From Chiloscyllium plagiosum (Eukaryota), in assembly GCF_004010195.1 (NCBI RefSeq), contig NC_057718.1, positions 6,424,857 to 6,488,856 of the forward strand: a DNA stretch of 64,000 bases, given 5' to 3'. Below are positions 46,880 to 59,624 of the stretch, piece by piece; position 1 is the stretch's first letter, and each line of letters begins with the position of its first letter. Below the pieces are notes generated by a model. The model was not told where the DNA came from and searched no databases. It saw only the letters and a list, made by a program, of their open reading frames with translations. A program made the position numbers and the translations under genes.

Positions 46880-47090
46880 AAGAAGAAACTTGAAGTTTTA
46901 TGGTACTTTCAAGGCACCAAAAATGCTTGACGGACAATGAAGCCCTTTTGAATTGTGGTTAACGTGGAGAAATGCAGCAACTAATTTTCAGACACTAAGG
47001 TCGCATAAGAGCAATGAGGTAATGAGCAATCAGCTGATGTAAGTGATGTTGATGAAAGGAGGTGCATTGGTCAGGACGCTTTGAGAAATC
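46880..47090 (-). mobile_element. DeuSINE relic
   Basis: CAATGAAGCCCTTTTGAA...AGCAATGAGGTAATGA...AGTGATGTTG...TTGGTCAGGAC resembles the reverse Deu-domain. Confidence 0.5.
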
Positions 47091-47144
47091 CCTAATTGCG
47101 GTTGATGTTGAATTTTGGCTAAGTTTAGTCTCCTCATCAGGGAC

Positions 47145-47163
47145 TATATATATATATATATAT
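47145..47163. repeat. (TA)n microsatellite
   Basis: TATATATATATATATATAT. Confidence 0.95.
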
Positions 47164-47374
47164 GTTGTTCCCTCAGAGCAAGTGAGATGTTTAATCATGG
47201 TAAGAACCTGCCCATGGAATCATTTGCTGTGGGCAGGCTGTTGTTGCATCATTCTGCAACAGCCCAGCTCCTATCACTTGCTGTGAATGTATTGGATTGA
47301 CTGGCAGATTGATCATCAACCTGGTTGATGTATTATGCCACATCTTCCCAAGTCCTGAAGTAGAACTGCCTTTT

Positions 47375-48160
47375 ATTCTCTGGTGGGACATGGGCGTTGC
47401 TGGCTGGGCCAACATTTATTGTCTGTCATTAGTTGGCCTTGCAAAGGTAGTGGTGAGCCACTGCAGTCCATGTGCTGTCGGTCGACTCGCAATGACCTTA
47501 AAGAGGGAATTCACGACATTTTCACTCAGCAACACTGAAAGATGGCAATATATTTCCAAGTCACGAAGAATTGGAAGGAAATTTGCAGGTGGCATTTGTA
47601 TAGCACAAATGATATTTACCACATGTCAGCCCAAGGCTGGATATTGTTCAGATCTTGCTGCATTTGAACATAAACAGTTTCAGTATTTGAGGAGTTGAAA
47701 TTGGTGCTAACACTGTACAGTCATTAGTGAACATCCCCACTTCTGATCTTACGATGGAGGGAAGGTCATTGATGATGGAACAGAAGATGGTTGGGTCTAG
47801 GACATTACCCTGAGGAACTCCTGCAGAGATGTCCTGGAGCTAAAACAACTGACCTGTAATAACCACGACCATCTTATGTGTCAGGTATGACTCCAACCAG
47901 TGGAGAGTTTGCCCCCAATACTCACTGATTCCAGTTTTCCTTGGGTTCCTTGATGCTACACTTGGCCGAATGCAGCCTCGATGTCAAGGGCTGTCATTCT
48001 CCCCTCCCCTCTGGAATTCAGCTCTTTTGTCTATATTTGAGCCAAGGCTATAATGAGGTCAGGAGCTAAGTGGCCCTGGGGGATCCCAAACTGGACATCA
48101 CTGAGCAGGTTAGTATGAAAGCAATCACTATTGGATAGCGCTATTAATGGCACCTTTCAT
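47375..48160 (-). mobile_element. L2-clade LINE fragments
   Basis: L2 tail GGGCGTTGCTGGCTGGGCCAACATTTATTG; reverse RT motifs ALDIEAAF..V, GVPQG.VL.P. Confidence 0.75.
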
Positions 48161-48267
48161 TAGCATCATGAGCCTAGAGCTTCAAGCCGAGAGGCAGAGA
48201 CACTGCCTACTCAGCTTCAAGACCTCTCAAGGGACTGGGTAAAACCCTAAAAGTAAATTGTTCTGAT

Positions 48268-48405
48268 CAGTTCTGAAGGAGGGCCACTGCACCCAAAATG
48301 TTGACTTTGCTTTCTCCCCACAGACTCTGCCAGACCTGCTGAGTTGCTCCAGCAATTTCTGTTTTAGTTTCAGGTTTCCAGCATTTGCAGATCTTGGTTT
48401 TATTT
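48268..48405 (+). mobile_element. Penelope-like family D single arm, decayed hammerhead
   Basis: agtt CTGAAGG a gggcc actg caccc AAAA tg TT gact. Confidence 0.65.
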
Positions 48406-48619
48406 AAACGAGTGATTTGTGTCGGATCTCCTCATCATTTAAGACCCGAGTCCGAGTGAATCCCGTTTGTCCTAGTGACCTCACAAAGGGCTGATGGTTT
48501 GACTAACTGCATGTTCAATTTTAATATTTTACTGGATTTATCAAAACTGGTAATTTTGTCACTTGCAAGCTTTTTTTGAATTGCTTGCTGTTCTTGGCTG
48601 ATGTTTAATGGTGTTGAGG

Positions 48620-48840
48620 GGTTGGTTAGCTTAATTATCGGACAGCTGGTTTGCAATGCAAGGTAATAACATCAACAGCATGAGTTGAATTCCCACACCA
48701 GCTGAGGTTCCCAGGAAGGACTCTTTTTCTCAACCTCACCCCTCCCCTAAGGCATGGAGACCCACAGATTAAACCACCACCAATCACCTTTCTCTCTCTC
48801 TAATGAAAGAACTGTCCTTTGGCGCTACAGCAACTGTTCC
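48620..48840 (+). mobile_element. tRNA-derived SINE, second family
   Basis: Collinear with 890-1110. Confidence 0.6.
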
Positions 48841-48989
48841 TTTCCATAATATTATTAATAATAACTCTTTAGGAATAGAGTGAGTAGAACAAAGTATTTC
48901 AGTATTTATAATTAGCTTTGTTGTCACATATACTCAATGATTACAGTGAAAAGTTTATACATCACCACTTACAGCACCATCTCAGATAC

Positions 48990-49272
48990 AGAAGTGAAGA
49001 GGTCGTGTTCTTAGGATAAGGGGGTAGCAATTTTGAAACAGAGTTGAGGAAAAACTACTTCTCCCAAAGGGTTGTGAATCTGTGAAATTTGCTCCCCCAA
49101 GGTGCGGTGGATGCTGGGACAGTGAGTAAAGTGAAGGAGGAGTTAGATTTTTAATTTGGAATGGGTTGAAGGGATATGGAGAGAAGGCAGGAAAACGGGG
49201 GTGAAGGAGTGATTGAATGGCAGAGCAGACTCGATGGGCTGAATGGCCTAATTCTACTCCTCTATTTATGAA
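48990..49272 (+). mobile_element. CR1 LINE 3' end, nested
   Basis: TTCTCCCAAAGGGTTGTGAATCTGTG...GGGCTGAATGGCCTAATTC. Confidence 0.8.
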
Positions 49273-49394
49273 GGAACTTAGGCAGGTACAGCTTCTTTAG
49301 TTACAAGATCTCAGAAAATAGAGAAATGAAATGTCCAGTGGTGCAGAAATAAAATTTCAGAACCACGTCTCCCACCCAGACCATGCAGGCACCT

Positions 49395-50402
49395 CGTCTC
49401 CAGTCCACACCGAGCCCTGGCTCCAGCCCACACCTGGCCCTGTCTCCAGTCCACACCAAGCCCTGGCTCCAGCCCACACCTGGCCCTGGCTCCAGTCCAC
49501 ACCGGGCCCTGGCTCCAGTCCACACCGAGCCCTGGCTCCAGCCCACACCGGGCCCTGGCTCCAGCCCACACCTGACCCTGTCTCCAGTCCACACCGAGCC
49601 CTGGCTCCAGCCCACACCGAGCCCTGTCTCCAGTTCACACCGAGCCCTGGCTCCAGCCCACACCAAGCCTTGTCTCCAGTCCATACCGAGTCCTGGCTCC
49701 AGCCCACACCGGTCCTGCCTCCAGCCCACACTGGGCCCTGGCTCCAGTCCACACCGGGCCCTGGATCCAGTCCACACTGGGCCCTGGCTAAAATCCACAC
49801 TGGGCCCTGCCTCCAGCCCACACTAGGCCCTGGCCCCAGTCTGTACTGGTCCCTGGCTCCAGTCCAAACCGGGCCCTGGCTCCATTCTGTACCGGGCCCT
49901 GCCTTCAGTCCACACCAGGCCCTGACTCCAGTCTGTACTGGGCCCTGGCTCCAGCCCACACTGGGCCCTGGCTCCAGCCCACACTAGGCCCTGGCTCCAG
50001 CCCACACTAGGCCCTGGCTCCAGCCCACACTAGGCCCTGGCTCCAGTCTGTACTGGTCGCTGGCTCCAGTCCACACCGGGCCCTGACTCCAGTCTGTACC
50101 CGGCCCTGGCTCCAGTCTGTACCGGGCCCTGGCTCCAGCCCACACTGGGCCCTGGCTCCAGCCCACACTGGGCCCTGGCTCCAGCCCACACCGGGCCCTG
50201 GCTCCAGCCCACACCGGGCCCTGGCTCCAGCCCACACTGGGCCCTGGCTCCAGTCCACACTGGGCCCTAGCTCCAGTCCACACTGGGCTCTGGCTCCAGT
50301 CCACACTGGGCCCTGGCTCCAGTCCATACCAGGCCCAGGCTCCAACCTACACCAGGCCCTTGCTCCAGTCCACACCAGGCCCTGACTCAATCCACACCAG
50401 GC
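49395..50402. repeat. 23-bp GC-rich minisatellite, ~44 copies
   Basis: Unit GGGCCCTGGCTCCAGCCCACACT with variants. Confidence 0.97.
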
Positions 50403-50844
50403 TTTGCCTTGAGGATCATGAGGCTGGGAGACTGCTTCAGAACAACAGGCCAGGCTGGGAGGCCATGTGGGGCATCCGCTGTGCCAGGCTGGGAGGTTGC
50501 CACAACACCAACTGTATGAGTCCAATGCTACAATAACGTGTCAAATTAATATTCCTTTACTGTAACATTGTCTTGTGCTACATTTCTCACTGCATGATAT
50601 CCAGCACAGAACATAAATGCTCTTCCCCTCTTGACATGTGAGAGTCTTCTGACGCACTCCTTCCTGTGTTCTTCTCCATACAATTGTATTTATTTATACT
50701 CCACTGTAAGAAAATCAAACTGAAATATTTACACACGTTGAGAAATGACCCAGAGAAACCAACACCCGTGCTTATGGGCTAAGTAACTAATATCAGAACA
50801 CAGAACATTTCTCTATTTTAAATGATACCTTCACAAAACCTTTA

Positions 50845-51140
50845 GGGTGGCACGGTGGCTCAGTGGTCAGCATTGCTGTCTCACAGCACCAGGGTCCCAG
50901 GTTTGATTCTGTCCTCGGGTGACTGTCTGTGTGGAGTTTGCACATTCTCCCCGTGTCTGCGTGGGTTTCTTCCCACAGTCCAAAGATGTGTAGGCCAGGT
51001 GAATTGGCCGTGCTAAATTGCCCATGGTGTTAGGTGCATTAGTCAGAGGGAAATGGGACTGGGTGGGTTACTCTTCAGAGGGTAAGTGTGGACTTGTTGG
51101 GCCAAAGGACCTGTTTCCACACTGTAGGGAATCTAATCTA
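50845..51140 (+). mobile_element. HE1-type V-SINE
   Basis: Head, V-domain, tail, AATCT repeats. Confidence 0.9.
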
Positions 51141-51978
51141 AAAAAAAATGGGAGGAGAGATAATCGGCTGGGTCGCAGATAAAAGACAAGCGCAGCAGCT
51201 GCAGGAGGATAAGGAGGGTATGGTTGGCGAGAGAGAAAACTCAGCAGAGTGCAATCATAGTTCGAGGGAACATCTGTAAAAATGGACCCTTTGAGTTTTT
51301 CTTTTATATTGTCAGACAGCAGGCTGCAAAAAATAAACAGACCAGGAGTCTGAGACGATGAAAGGAAGCCACACTCAGCAGTGATGAGATCAAACTGTCC
51401 AATGGCTATGCCAGTGCATTCTTTGCCGTCCGTGTCTATGAATAGCTGTCCCACTTAATTTCCAAAGTTCAAATGAGGGATTATTTACCAGAAAGCACAG
51501 TGCTTTCACTGTCACAGAATGTTTTGATCCTCTGGATGTTGGGTCAGACATTCTCTGAGCATGTCCTGCTCAACCTGATGCCTCATCCCCTGCCAATTTA
51601 CAGTGGGTAATCCATGGACATTTGGTTGTGTTTTCAAATAAAGCTGTTGGGCTATAACCTGGTGTCTGTGACTTCCATTGAAATGTGAAAGCAAGGAAGA
51701 GATGCAGAATCAATTACCCAGAAGAAGCCTTTCTGTTTGAATATTATTATCAAACTTTTATTCCAACCTGAGTCATAGAGTCATACAGCTCGGGAAACAA
51801 ACCCTTCGGTCCAACCAGTCCATGCTGAACATAATCCCAAACTAAACTAGTCCCACCTGCCTGCTCCTGACCCACATCCCTCCAAACATTTCCTATTCAT
51901 GTACCTACCCAAACATCTTTTAAACATTGTTAAAAATCACAACACCAGGTTATAGTCCAACAGGTTTAATTGGAAGCA

Positions 51979-52013
51979 CACTAGCTTTCGGAGCGACGCT
52001 CCTTCATCAGGTG
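51979..52013 (-). ncRNA. Minimal hammerhead ribozyme motif (family B, intact)
   Basis: cac CTGATGA a ggagc gtc gctcc GAAA gc TA gtg. Confidence 0.75.
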
Positions 52014-52034
52014 ATTGTGGAGGGCTCGATCGTA

Positions 52035-52071
52035 ACACCTGATGAAGGAGCGTCACTCTGAAAGCTAGTGT
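52035..52071 (+). ncRNA. Minimal hammerhead ribozyme motif (family B, helix II partly decayed)
   Basis: acac CTGATGA a ggagc gtc actct GAAA gc TA gtgt. Confidence 0.65.
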
Positions 52072-54739
52072 GCTTCCAATTAAACCTGTTGGACTATAAC
52101 CTGGTGTTGTGTGATTTTTAACTTTGTACACCCCACTCCAACACCGGCATCTCCGAATCATGACTTTTAAACATTGTAATTGCACCCACATCCATCCCTT
52201 CCTCGGGAAGTTCATTCTTTGCGTGAACCAACCACTGTGTTAAAAATGTGCCCTCGTGTCTTTTTTAAAATCAATCTCCTCTCATCTTTAATATGTGTCT
52301 CCCAGTCTTGAAATCTCCAATTCTAGTGAAAAGACCCATGTCTATACCCCTCATGATTTTATAAACTTCTCTAAGGTCACCTCTCAACCTCCCACATTCC
52401 ATGAATTTAACATCTGACAGAAGGTTTGGCAAAGCATCACTCAATCAGGATTTCCTCTGAATTCATAGCTCAGCTAATCCACTCATGTTCTGAAGTAGCT
52501 TGTCAAACCCAGTCAGCTTCTGCTATTTTGTTTACAGGATTCACTGATGCTAGATAAACTACATGCAAATCAGTGATTTATCAATCTGTTTGCATCCTGT
52601 CTGTTACAAAAAAGACCCTTTGCAGGCTTTGTTACAATCCTAGTTTTGACAAGTTCCAGACAGGATATTTCACGCCATTGAGCCTCTGAATGCAGAGGAA
52701 CACACTGGATCTCACCTGGTTCTTTATTTACCCATTTCTTCGGTTCGTTGTAATCCAGTTAACTTAGAAAATACCCCTTCCTTTGTGCATACCTTTCTCC
52801 CAGATGCCATGAACTCATGTTTTAAAAGGAACCAATTTAAACAGGCACCATGAATTAACAAAAGAAATGAATTTATTAATTACTAAGCGTCAGAAGCAAC
52901 ATATATACATACAGATTCAAAATAAAAGCCGAGTCCAAAAAGACTAACGTGTACAAAATACATAGAGGATCAGTCACTAAATTGCTCTTGAAGAGTAGAT
53001 AGTTGATAACTTTTTCTCAAGGGTTATGGCGAGAAGGCAGGATAGTGGGTTTGAGACGTAGTTCAGCCAAGATTGAATAGGGGAACAAACTCAATGGGCC
53101 AAATGGTCTCATTCTAATTCTTTATCTTGTGTTTGTAACCATTGTAGTGAAGGTCACTGGTAGCACTGGCATTGATAGTTGAACAGTTGTCGTTGTTCTG
53201 GACAGTTTTGGCTTTGTAGGGCGGTTGAAGTTTCTTAATCTTCTATATCCTTGGTATGCAACACTCCAATAGAGAGCATTCCTCCTTTACCTGCAACACA
53301 GGGGTGTAATGACAAGGATAATTTTTCAACTATGACCAATACGGCATCCTAAAGTTTGAACTTAATATGTTACATCTGAGAGCGTTCAGCCCCACTAGTC
53401 CATTCCTGCAGAGTTAAAACTGACTTTTTAGCCTCTATCCTTAAGATTTTGGAAGTTAAAACAGACATATCTACAAAAGATGGCTTTCTGGTTAAACAGA
53501 ACCAAATGTCAGCCACTTGTTATTTCTTCTTGTCACGTCTCTCCATGCTTGAAATGTCATTGACAATTTAAGTGTAACATTTCATGGGGCTTCACTCAGG
53601 ATTCTGCCAGACAGTCACTGAATTTAAATCTGTAGTTTCTCCGTAGCAATCCTCTTTTTGAAATCAGCACATTTTGGAATTAAAAGTAAAAGGATGTCCA
53701 TAAGTACTTTACGATTCTAATCCAACATCATAAGACAAGCTGAATGAACATCTTAAATTACAGACTAAACACTTACAAACTTTAGTGTGCTTTAGGAGAA
53801 GCTGCCCATCATGGGTCTGACATGCTGTCCATTTATTGTAGCCTCATGTTGTCTGATATGTTTGAGGTGCAGTATTCCTTACCGTACATTACCTGATTCC
53901 ATATCGGTATCTTATCAGATTCCATATTGTATCTAGTATTCAAGTCATCATCATTGCAATACTCCCTTATTAGTCCAAAAACATGCCAATGATTTTCTGG
54001 CATTTCACAAATGAACACTTACAAACACATTGTAATAAGCTTTGCAAACAAAGTTAATAAAAATTTCATTTTGCAAACACATTGAGTTAATTTAATCCCT
54101 TTAATTATGACAAGCTTGCAAGAGAAACACTTGGCATACACCAGAATCACAACATAAAATCTTCGTTTTGCTTTGATGGTCTTTTACTTGTACCTTTTGT
54201 CTCAGGAACTCCGGTCAGCTCAGCAGGATTAAGACATTTCATTGCCCCCTTTGGAACCCCCTTTTGATTCTTTCTTCCCCTATAACTCTGTCACAGCTCC
54301 GACATCTGGTTCATGTGCTGCTCTGTCTTTGACATTATGATATCATTTTCTACATGAAGAATTTCTGTCCCACTTCTGGTGATTGCTTGGGAATCTGTTT
54401 CCCTTCTTGGTGATGACAGTGCACAACATTGAGTGTCTTTCCTAAGATGGCTCTGCCATCTCATCTCCTGGCACCACACCAGACTATCTAGCTTCATTCC
54501 TGAGGTTTACATGAAACATTGCAGCAACCAGTTTCTCATCATCTTGATCTCAGGCCTCCTGGTCATCACTAATGTCCTTCAGCTCTAGTATTCTGGTGTA
54601 CTTTCCATATTCAAAAACAATTCAGTAAGGCTCAATCCCATTATAGTTTGTGGAGTTACTCTAAACAGGGTGTCTTATGATTGCAACATTTGCTTTAAAT
54701 CATTGGTCTCAGTTTGAACTTCCAAAACTCATCTGTTTC

Positions 54740-55400
54740 TCATTATTGTTTTATTCATGCATGGGATGAGGGGGTCACTGGCTAGGCCAGCATTTATTGC
54801 TAGTGCTAGTTGACCAGAGGGTAGCTAAAAGCCAAACACGTCGCTGTGGGCTTGGAGTCACATGTAGGCCAGACCAGGTAAGGATAGCAGATTTCCTTCC
54901 CTGAAGAGCATTGATGATCCAGGTGGGTTTTTACAACAATCGATAATGGTTACATGGTCATCATTAGACTGGCTCTTCATTCAAGAGTTTTACTGAATTC
55001 AAAATTAGTGGGCGGCACAGTGGCACAGTGGTTAGCACTGCTGCCTCACAGCGCCAGAGACCCGGGTTCAATTCCCCCCTCAGGCGACTGACTGTGTGGA
55101 GTTTGCACATTCTCCCCATGTCTGCGTGGGTTTCCTCCGGGTGCTCCGGTCTCCTCCCAAAGTCCAAAAATGTGCAGGTTAGGTGCATTGGCCACGCTAA
55201 ATTGCCCGTAGTGTTAGATGCAGGGGTAAATGTATGGGTGGGTGCGCTTCAGCGGGTCGGTGGACTTGTTGGGCCGAAGGGCCTGTTTCCACACTGTGGG
55301 TAATCTAATCTAATCTAAAAAACTGCACCACCTGTCAATGGCTCCGAGTTCTGGCTTGCTAGTCCAGAGATATTATCACTACGTAACTGCATTCTCCATC
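54740..55400 (-). mobile_element. tRNA-derived SINE with L2-like tail (third family), split by HE1
   Basis: Reverse of 15058-15400; HE1 inserted at 55010-55317. Confidence 0.7.
55010..55317 (+). mobile_element. HE1-type V-SINE, young
   Basis: GGGCGGCACAGTGGCACAGTGG head through (TAATC)3 tail. Confidence 0.93.
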
Positions 55401-55727
55401 CCCATTTGCCTGTGGCCATCTTTCTTACTGTGTGCTGTCAACTATCATGCCTTGTATGTGATCAAAAAGGACCTGGGTGACATGAAGTGGGTCCATTGTC
55501 TGAATACAAAGTGACAGTTGACTGTGATTTGCAAATGTTTGAGTCAATGTGAACACTGTTCCTTAACCACAGTAACTTTCATTACCACATCCTCATAGTG
55601 ATGGCTATAGTGGTCAGTGACCATGATTGTGGACTGACCTGACAGTCTAAGAAGGCAACTCTTGCATCCCCCTTTGACCTTGGCGATGACAGTGGAAAGA
55701 ATCTATAGACAAGTTGACATCTGTGAT

Positions 55728-56162
55728 GTAGAACATAGAACGTAGAAGGTAGAACATTACAGCGCAGTACAGGCCCTTTGGCCCTCAATGTTATGCCGAC
55801 CTCTGGAACCAATCTGAAGCCCATCTATCCTACACTATTCCATTTTCATCCCTATGTTTATCCAATGACCTTAAAGTTGGTGAGTCTACTACTGTTACAG
55901 GCCAATGACCTTAAAGTTGGTGAGTCTACTACTGTTACAGGCAGTGTGTTCCACATCCCTACTACTCGGAGTAAAGAAACTACCTCTGACATCTGTCCTA
56001 TATCTATCACCCCTCAATTTAAAGCTATGTTCCCTCATGCTAGCCATCATCATCCAAGGAAAAAGGTTCTCCCTGTCCACCCTATCTAACCCTCTGATTA
56101 TCTTATATGTCTCAATTAAGTCACTTCTCAACCTTCTTATCTCTAACAAAAACAGCTCAAGT
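55728..56162 (-). mobile_element. CR1 3' fragment with internal 40-bp tandem duplication
   Basis: RRLRSDLIETYKIIRGLDRVD; duplication at 55862-55901 and 55902-55941. Confidence 0.9.
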
Positions 56163-56184
56163 CTGTGTTTGACAACCTAAGATA

Positions 56185-56380
56185 GGATAAAACTGAAAGA
56201 ACTGCAGGTGCTGTAAATCAGAAACAAAGTTAGAAATTGCTGGAAAAGCTCTGCAGGTCTGGCAACATCGGTGAAGAGAAAGCAGAGTTAAGTGACCCTT
56301 TCTCTGAACTCTGTCTTCTCTACATGGATGCTGCCAGACCTGCTGAGCTTTACCAGCAAGTTCTGCTTTTGTTTGTCTCT
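56185..56380. mobile_element. Palindromic Penelope-like family D element
   Basis: TGCTGGAAAAGCTCTGCAGGTCTGGCA / TGCCAGACCTGCTGAGCTTTACCAGCA inverted arms. Confidence 0.7.
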
Positions 56381-56384
56381 GATA

Positions 56385-56850
56385 CATTCTCACACATTAG
56401 GTTATTTAATAAGACAAAGGCCCCCGCTGTTGGAGGTAGAATATTGACTGGATAGAGCATGGCTAACACGTAGAAAACAGAGGATAGGCCATTCTCAGGA
56501 TGGCAACCTGTAATCAGTGGAATGCCAAAGGGATCAGTGCTGGTAATACAATTATTTACAACATGTATTAGTGTCTTGAATGAGGAGAGTGAGTGTATTC
56601 TTGCCAAGTTTGAGGATGACACAAAACAGGTCAGAAGGCAGGAAGTGATGATAACACAAAGAGGAACATAGATCAGTTAAAGCAAATTGAGCAAAAGCTT
56701 GGCAGGTGGAATATAACATTTGAAAATGAGAAATTGTGCACTTTTTAGGAAGAATAGAGGAGTTGAATATTTCAATGGAGATAAACTGCAAAAAGCTGCG
56801 ACACAGGGATTTGGGAGTGCTTCTGCATAAAACACACAAAGCTTCCTCCT
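56385..56850 (+). mobile_element. Old CR1 RT fragment
   Basis: SG.P.GSVL, KFEDDTK motifs. Confidence 0.7.
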
Positions 56851-57713
56851 CTAATGATGATTCTGCTTGTTCAATTCTCATTCTGGACAGTCTTTCAGTG
56901 ATGTTCAATATGGACCACAAATATGTACACTTGTCACAAAAACCATCCTTCTGTTTTGACACTTGCTTTGGATCTTGAAGAGTAAGTAATTGTAATCCGT
57001 CACCAATTCAAACTCCATGCTGAGAGAGTATTCAGGGAATTTTTCATATGCCAAACCAATCCTCGACCTTTTCAGTTAGCTGAGCGTATCTTCTCTCCAC
57101 GTCTGTCGGAGATCTGCTTGCATAGGCAGTCATTTGTGAATCCACAGCGGGTATTTCGGACATAGGAGAGTACAGCAGAGGATCAGGCCTTTTGACCCAC
57201 TGTACTGACCGTTCTAAACTAATCCCATCTGCCTACACATGGTCCAAAACCCTCCATTCCCTGGCTGTCTTGCATCTGTCTAAAAGCCCTTTAAACATTG
57301 CTATTGTCTCTGCTGACAGTGTCTGATGTTACTGTATGTGTATTGCCACAACCACAATGGGACATGTCTCTGGTTTTGGTATTTCACTGTGTCCGGGGTA
57401 TCTTGGCGAAGCAAGTCAATCTTTGCTTTAATTTTCCCTGTCAGACCAGATGTTCTGTACACAGGTTGAGCTGCAGATCTCATCTGGAGCTGGTGCAAAT
57501 TCTGAATTTGGTTGAAACACTGGTTGAGACTGCTCTCTGAGCTTCACACAGGAATTCATCAGGTTATAGCACCCTCTTACTTGTGGAGTTCCCTCGCTCA
57601 GAGAGAGTCACTATCCAGTTCAAACACCATGAATTCTGACTCGACAATCTCAATCCCAGCATTCAGGTCCACGATGAAACATTTAATCATTTGAACTGGG
57701 GTTTTAAATGTAT

Positions 57714-57983
57714 CATAGATCCCTACAGTTTGGAAGCACACCATTTGGCCCATTGAGTTCACACCGACCCTCCAAAGAGCGTCTCATCCAGACCCACTCG
57801 ATCCCTATAACTCTACCTATTCTATTCAATCCACCATAACCTGTGCATCTCTGGAGGAAACCAGAGCACCCAAAGGAACACACGCAGACATGGGGAGAAT
57901 GTGCAAGCTCCACGCAGATAATCACCCGAGGGTAGGATTGAACCAGGGTCCCTGATTCAGTGAGGCAGCAGTGCTAACCACTG
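57714..57983 (-). mobile_element. HE1-type V-SINE
   Basis: Reverse HE1 head and V-domain. Confidence 0.85.
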
Positions 57984-59182
57984 ATAGAGCACTGATAAAG
58001 ACCTATAGAACTTTCTGAATCATTTTTACTATATGCATTCATTTGTCTTTATCTGTTGTGTGTGGGCACCATTGAGTCCAAAGTTATTGCTGCATTAGGA
58101 CCTTGGAGCAACATCACAATGATATCATAGAGTTGCACATCACTGTCTATAAATACCACAGTGAGGATGGAGTTAGAGCATGGAATATTCTGGACATTGA
58201 CTGCACACTATCGAAGTCTACATCAGACGCACCACACCATAAATGTGAACACAAAATGAGGTGGATTAGTCCTTACCTGATATAATGATTTAAAGTTGGA
58301 TGACCATGACTAACATTCCCTCAGAGATTATAAGGAAAAGATTAGTCCCACGTCTGACTCCAACAAGCTGTTTCTTTCGTCTCATCAATCCATGTGATAT
58401 TATCACAGTGGCTGGGCTGGGGCAGGCGTTTGGGAAGGAGTTTTGAATGCTTATTGCACTCAATCAAGTCTTAACTCTTTCAGAACTATACACACCTGAT
58501 ACTCTTTATTAATGTGGAAGGTTCTTCATTGGAAGGTGGGGAATGTGGACACTCTGCCTGTCTCTTAATCACCTCAGGCCCCACTAGTGAATTTGCACTA
58601 AGAGGAGATAATTGCTCACTGTCCTGAGTGGAAATCTGATTCAGCATGGTTTCAACTTCCTCTGTCTATCGCTCGATGTCCTCATGAGTGCTCGAGACAA
58701 TCCAATTACTGCCTGTCTGCTTACAATTCCTCTCAGAGATTGCTGACTGGGAATCTGAACCCTCTTCACTTTTAATAACAATGGAAGACATTTCAACCAA
58801 ATCACTATTGTCACATCTTCCTATCACTGTCACACCCGTGTATAATAAATTATTATCAATTTTGGAATTTCGATTTTACATAAAAAAGAAATGCAGATTG
58901 ATTTTGGTTCGCTCTTTGAGGTAGATTGTTTAAAAGAATATATATTGTTTAGACAATAACTTAAATACATCATTTCTAGGAAGGGAAATGACTTCAGTCA
59001 ACTGCATAGAGGGCCCTCTGGTGAAAATGGATAAACTGTTTATACTCTTGAATTTGTGATAAATAATATAAATGAGATGAGGCAATCAGTTTAGCTTTGA
59101 CTGCATAACAGAAGTTTCAAACTCACCATTCAGAGGAATGTGACATTTGTTCAGAAGATAGGACCAAAAGCAATGGCAGTAG

Positions 59183-59305
59183 ACATGATGTGGAGATGCT
59201 GATGTCGGATTGGGAAGGTCAGAAGTCACACAACACCAGGACATAGCCTAACAGGTCTATTTAAAATTATAGGCTTTTGGAACACAGTTCCTTTGACAGG
59301 TGAAG
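59183..59305 (-). mobile_element. Penelope-like family B fragment, old
   Basis: GGAGATGCTGATGTCGGATTGGG...AGAAGTCACACAACACCAGG. Confidence 0.6.
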
Positions 59306-59624
59306 GGTGGCAAATACACGGGATACCCTGCATGCTATCCTGATTGAAAGTATCTTGCCATTCCCTCATTGTCATTGGCCCAAAGTTCTGGAGCACATGG
59401 TCTTAACAATTCTATGGCAGCGCCTTAACAACTTGGACATCTTGTAGTTCAAGATGACACTCACTGCCATCTCTTAAAGGACAATTAGTGCGATGAATGC
59501 TGGTCTTGAGCAGCACTCTCATCTCATGAATGAATTGTTTTCCAATCCATGTCGTCCCAAGACACAATTATAGTGGAGCCTTTGGCCAACCAATCTCTAT
59601 CAGTGAGTCCACAATAGATCCAGG

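Larger units (their letters stand above)
51931..52163. mobile_element. Palindromic Penelope-like family B element with two hammerheads
   Basis: Arm 51931-52013 is inverted relative to 52036-52120; TSD CTTTTAAACATTGT at 51917-51930 and 52164-52177. Confidence 0.9.
51770..52400 (-). mobile_element. CR1 3' fragment hosting a Penelope palindrome
   Basis: GAGTCATA tail; CCCTCATGATTTTATAAAC motif. Confidence 0.85.

Noticed and set aside
49301..50525. Long ORFs (up to 218 aa) on both strands
   Set aside because: Translations of the stop-poor 23-bp minisatellite; the unit length is not a multiple of 3
55862..55941. Exact 40-bp tandem duplication
   Set aside because: Ordinary slippage or repair duplication within a dead CR1
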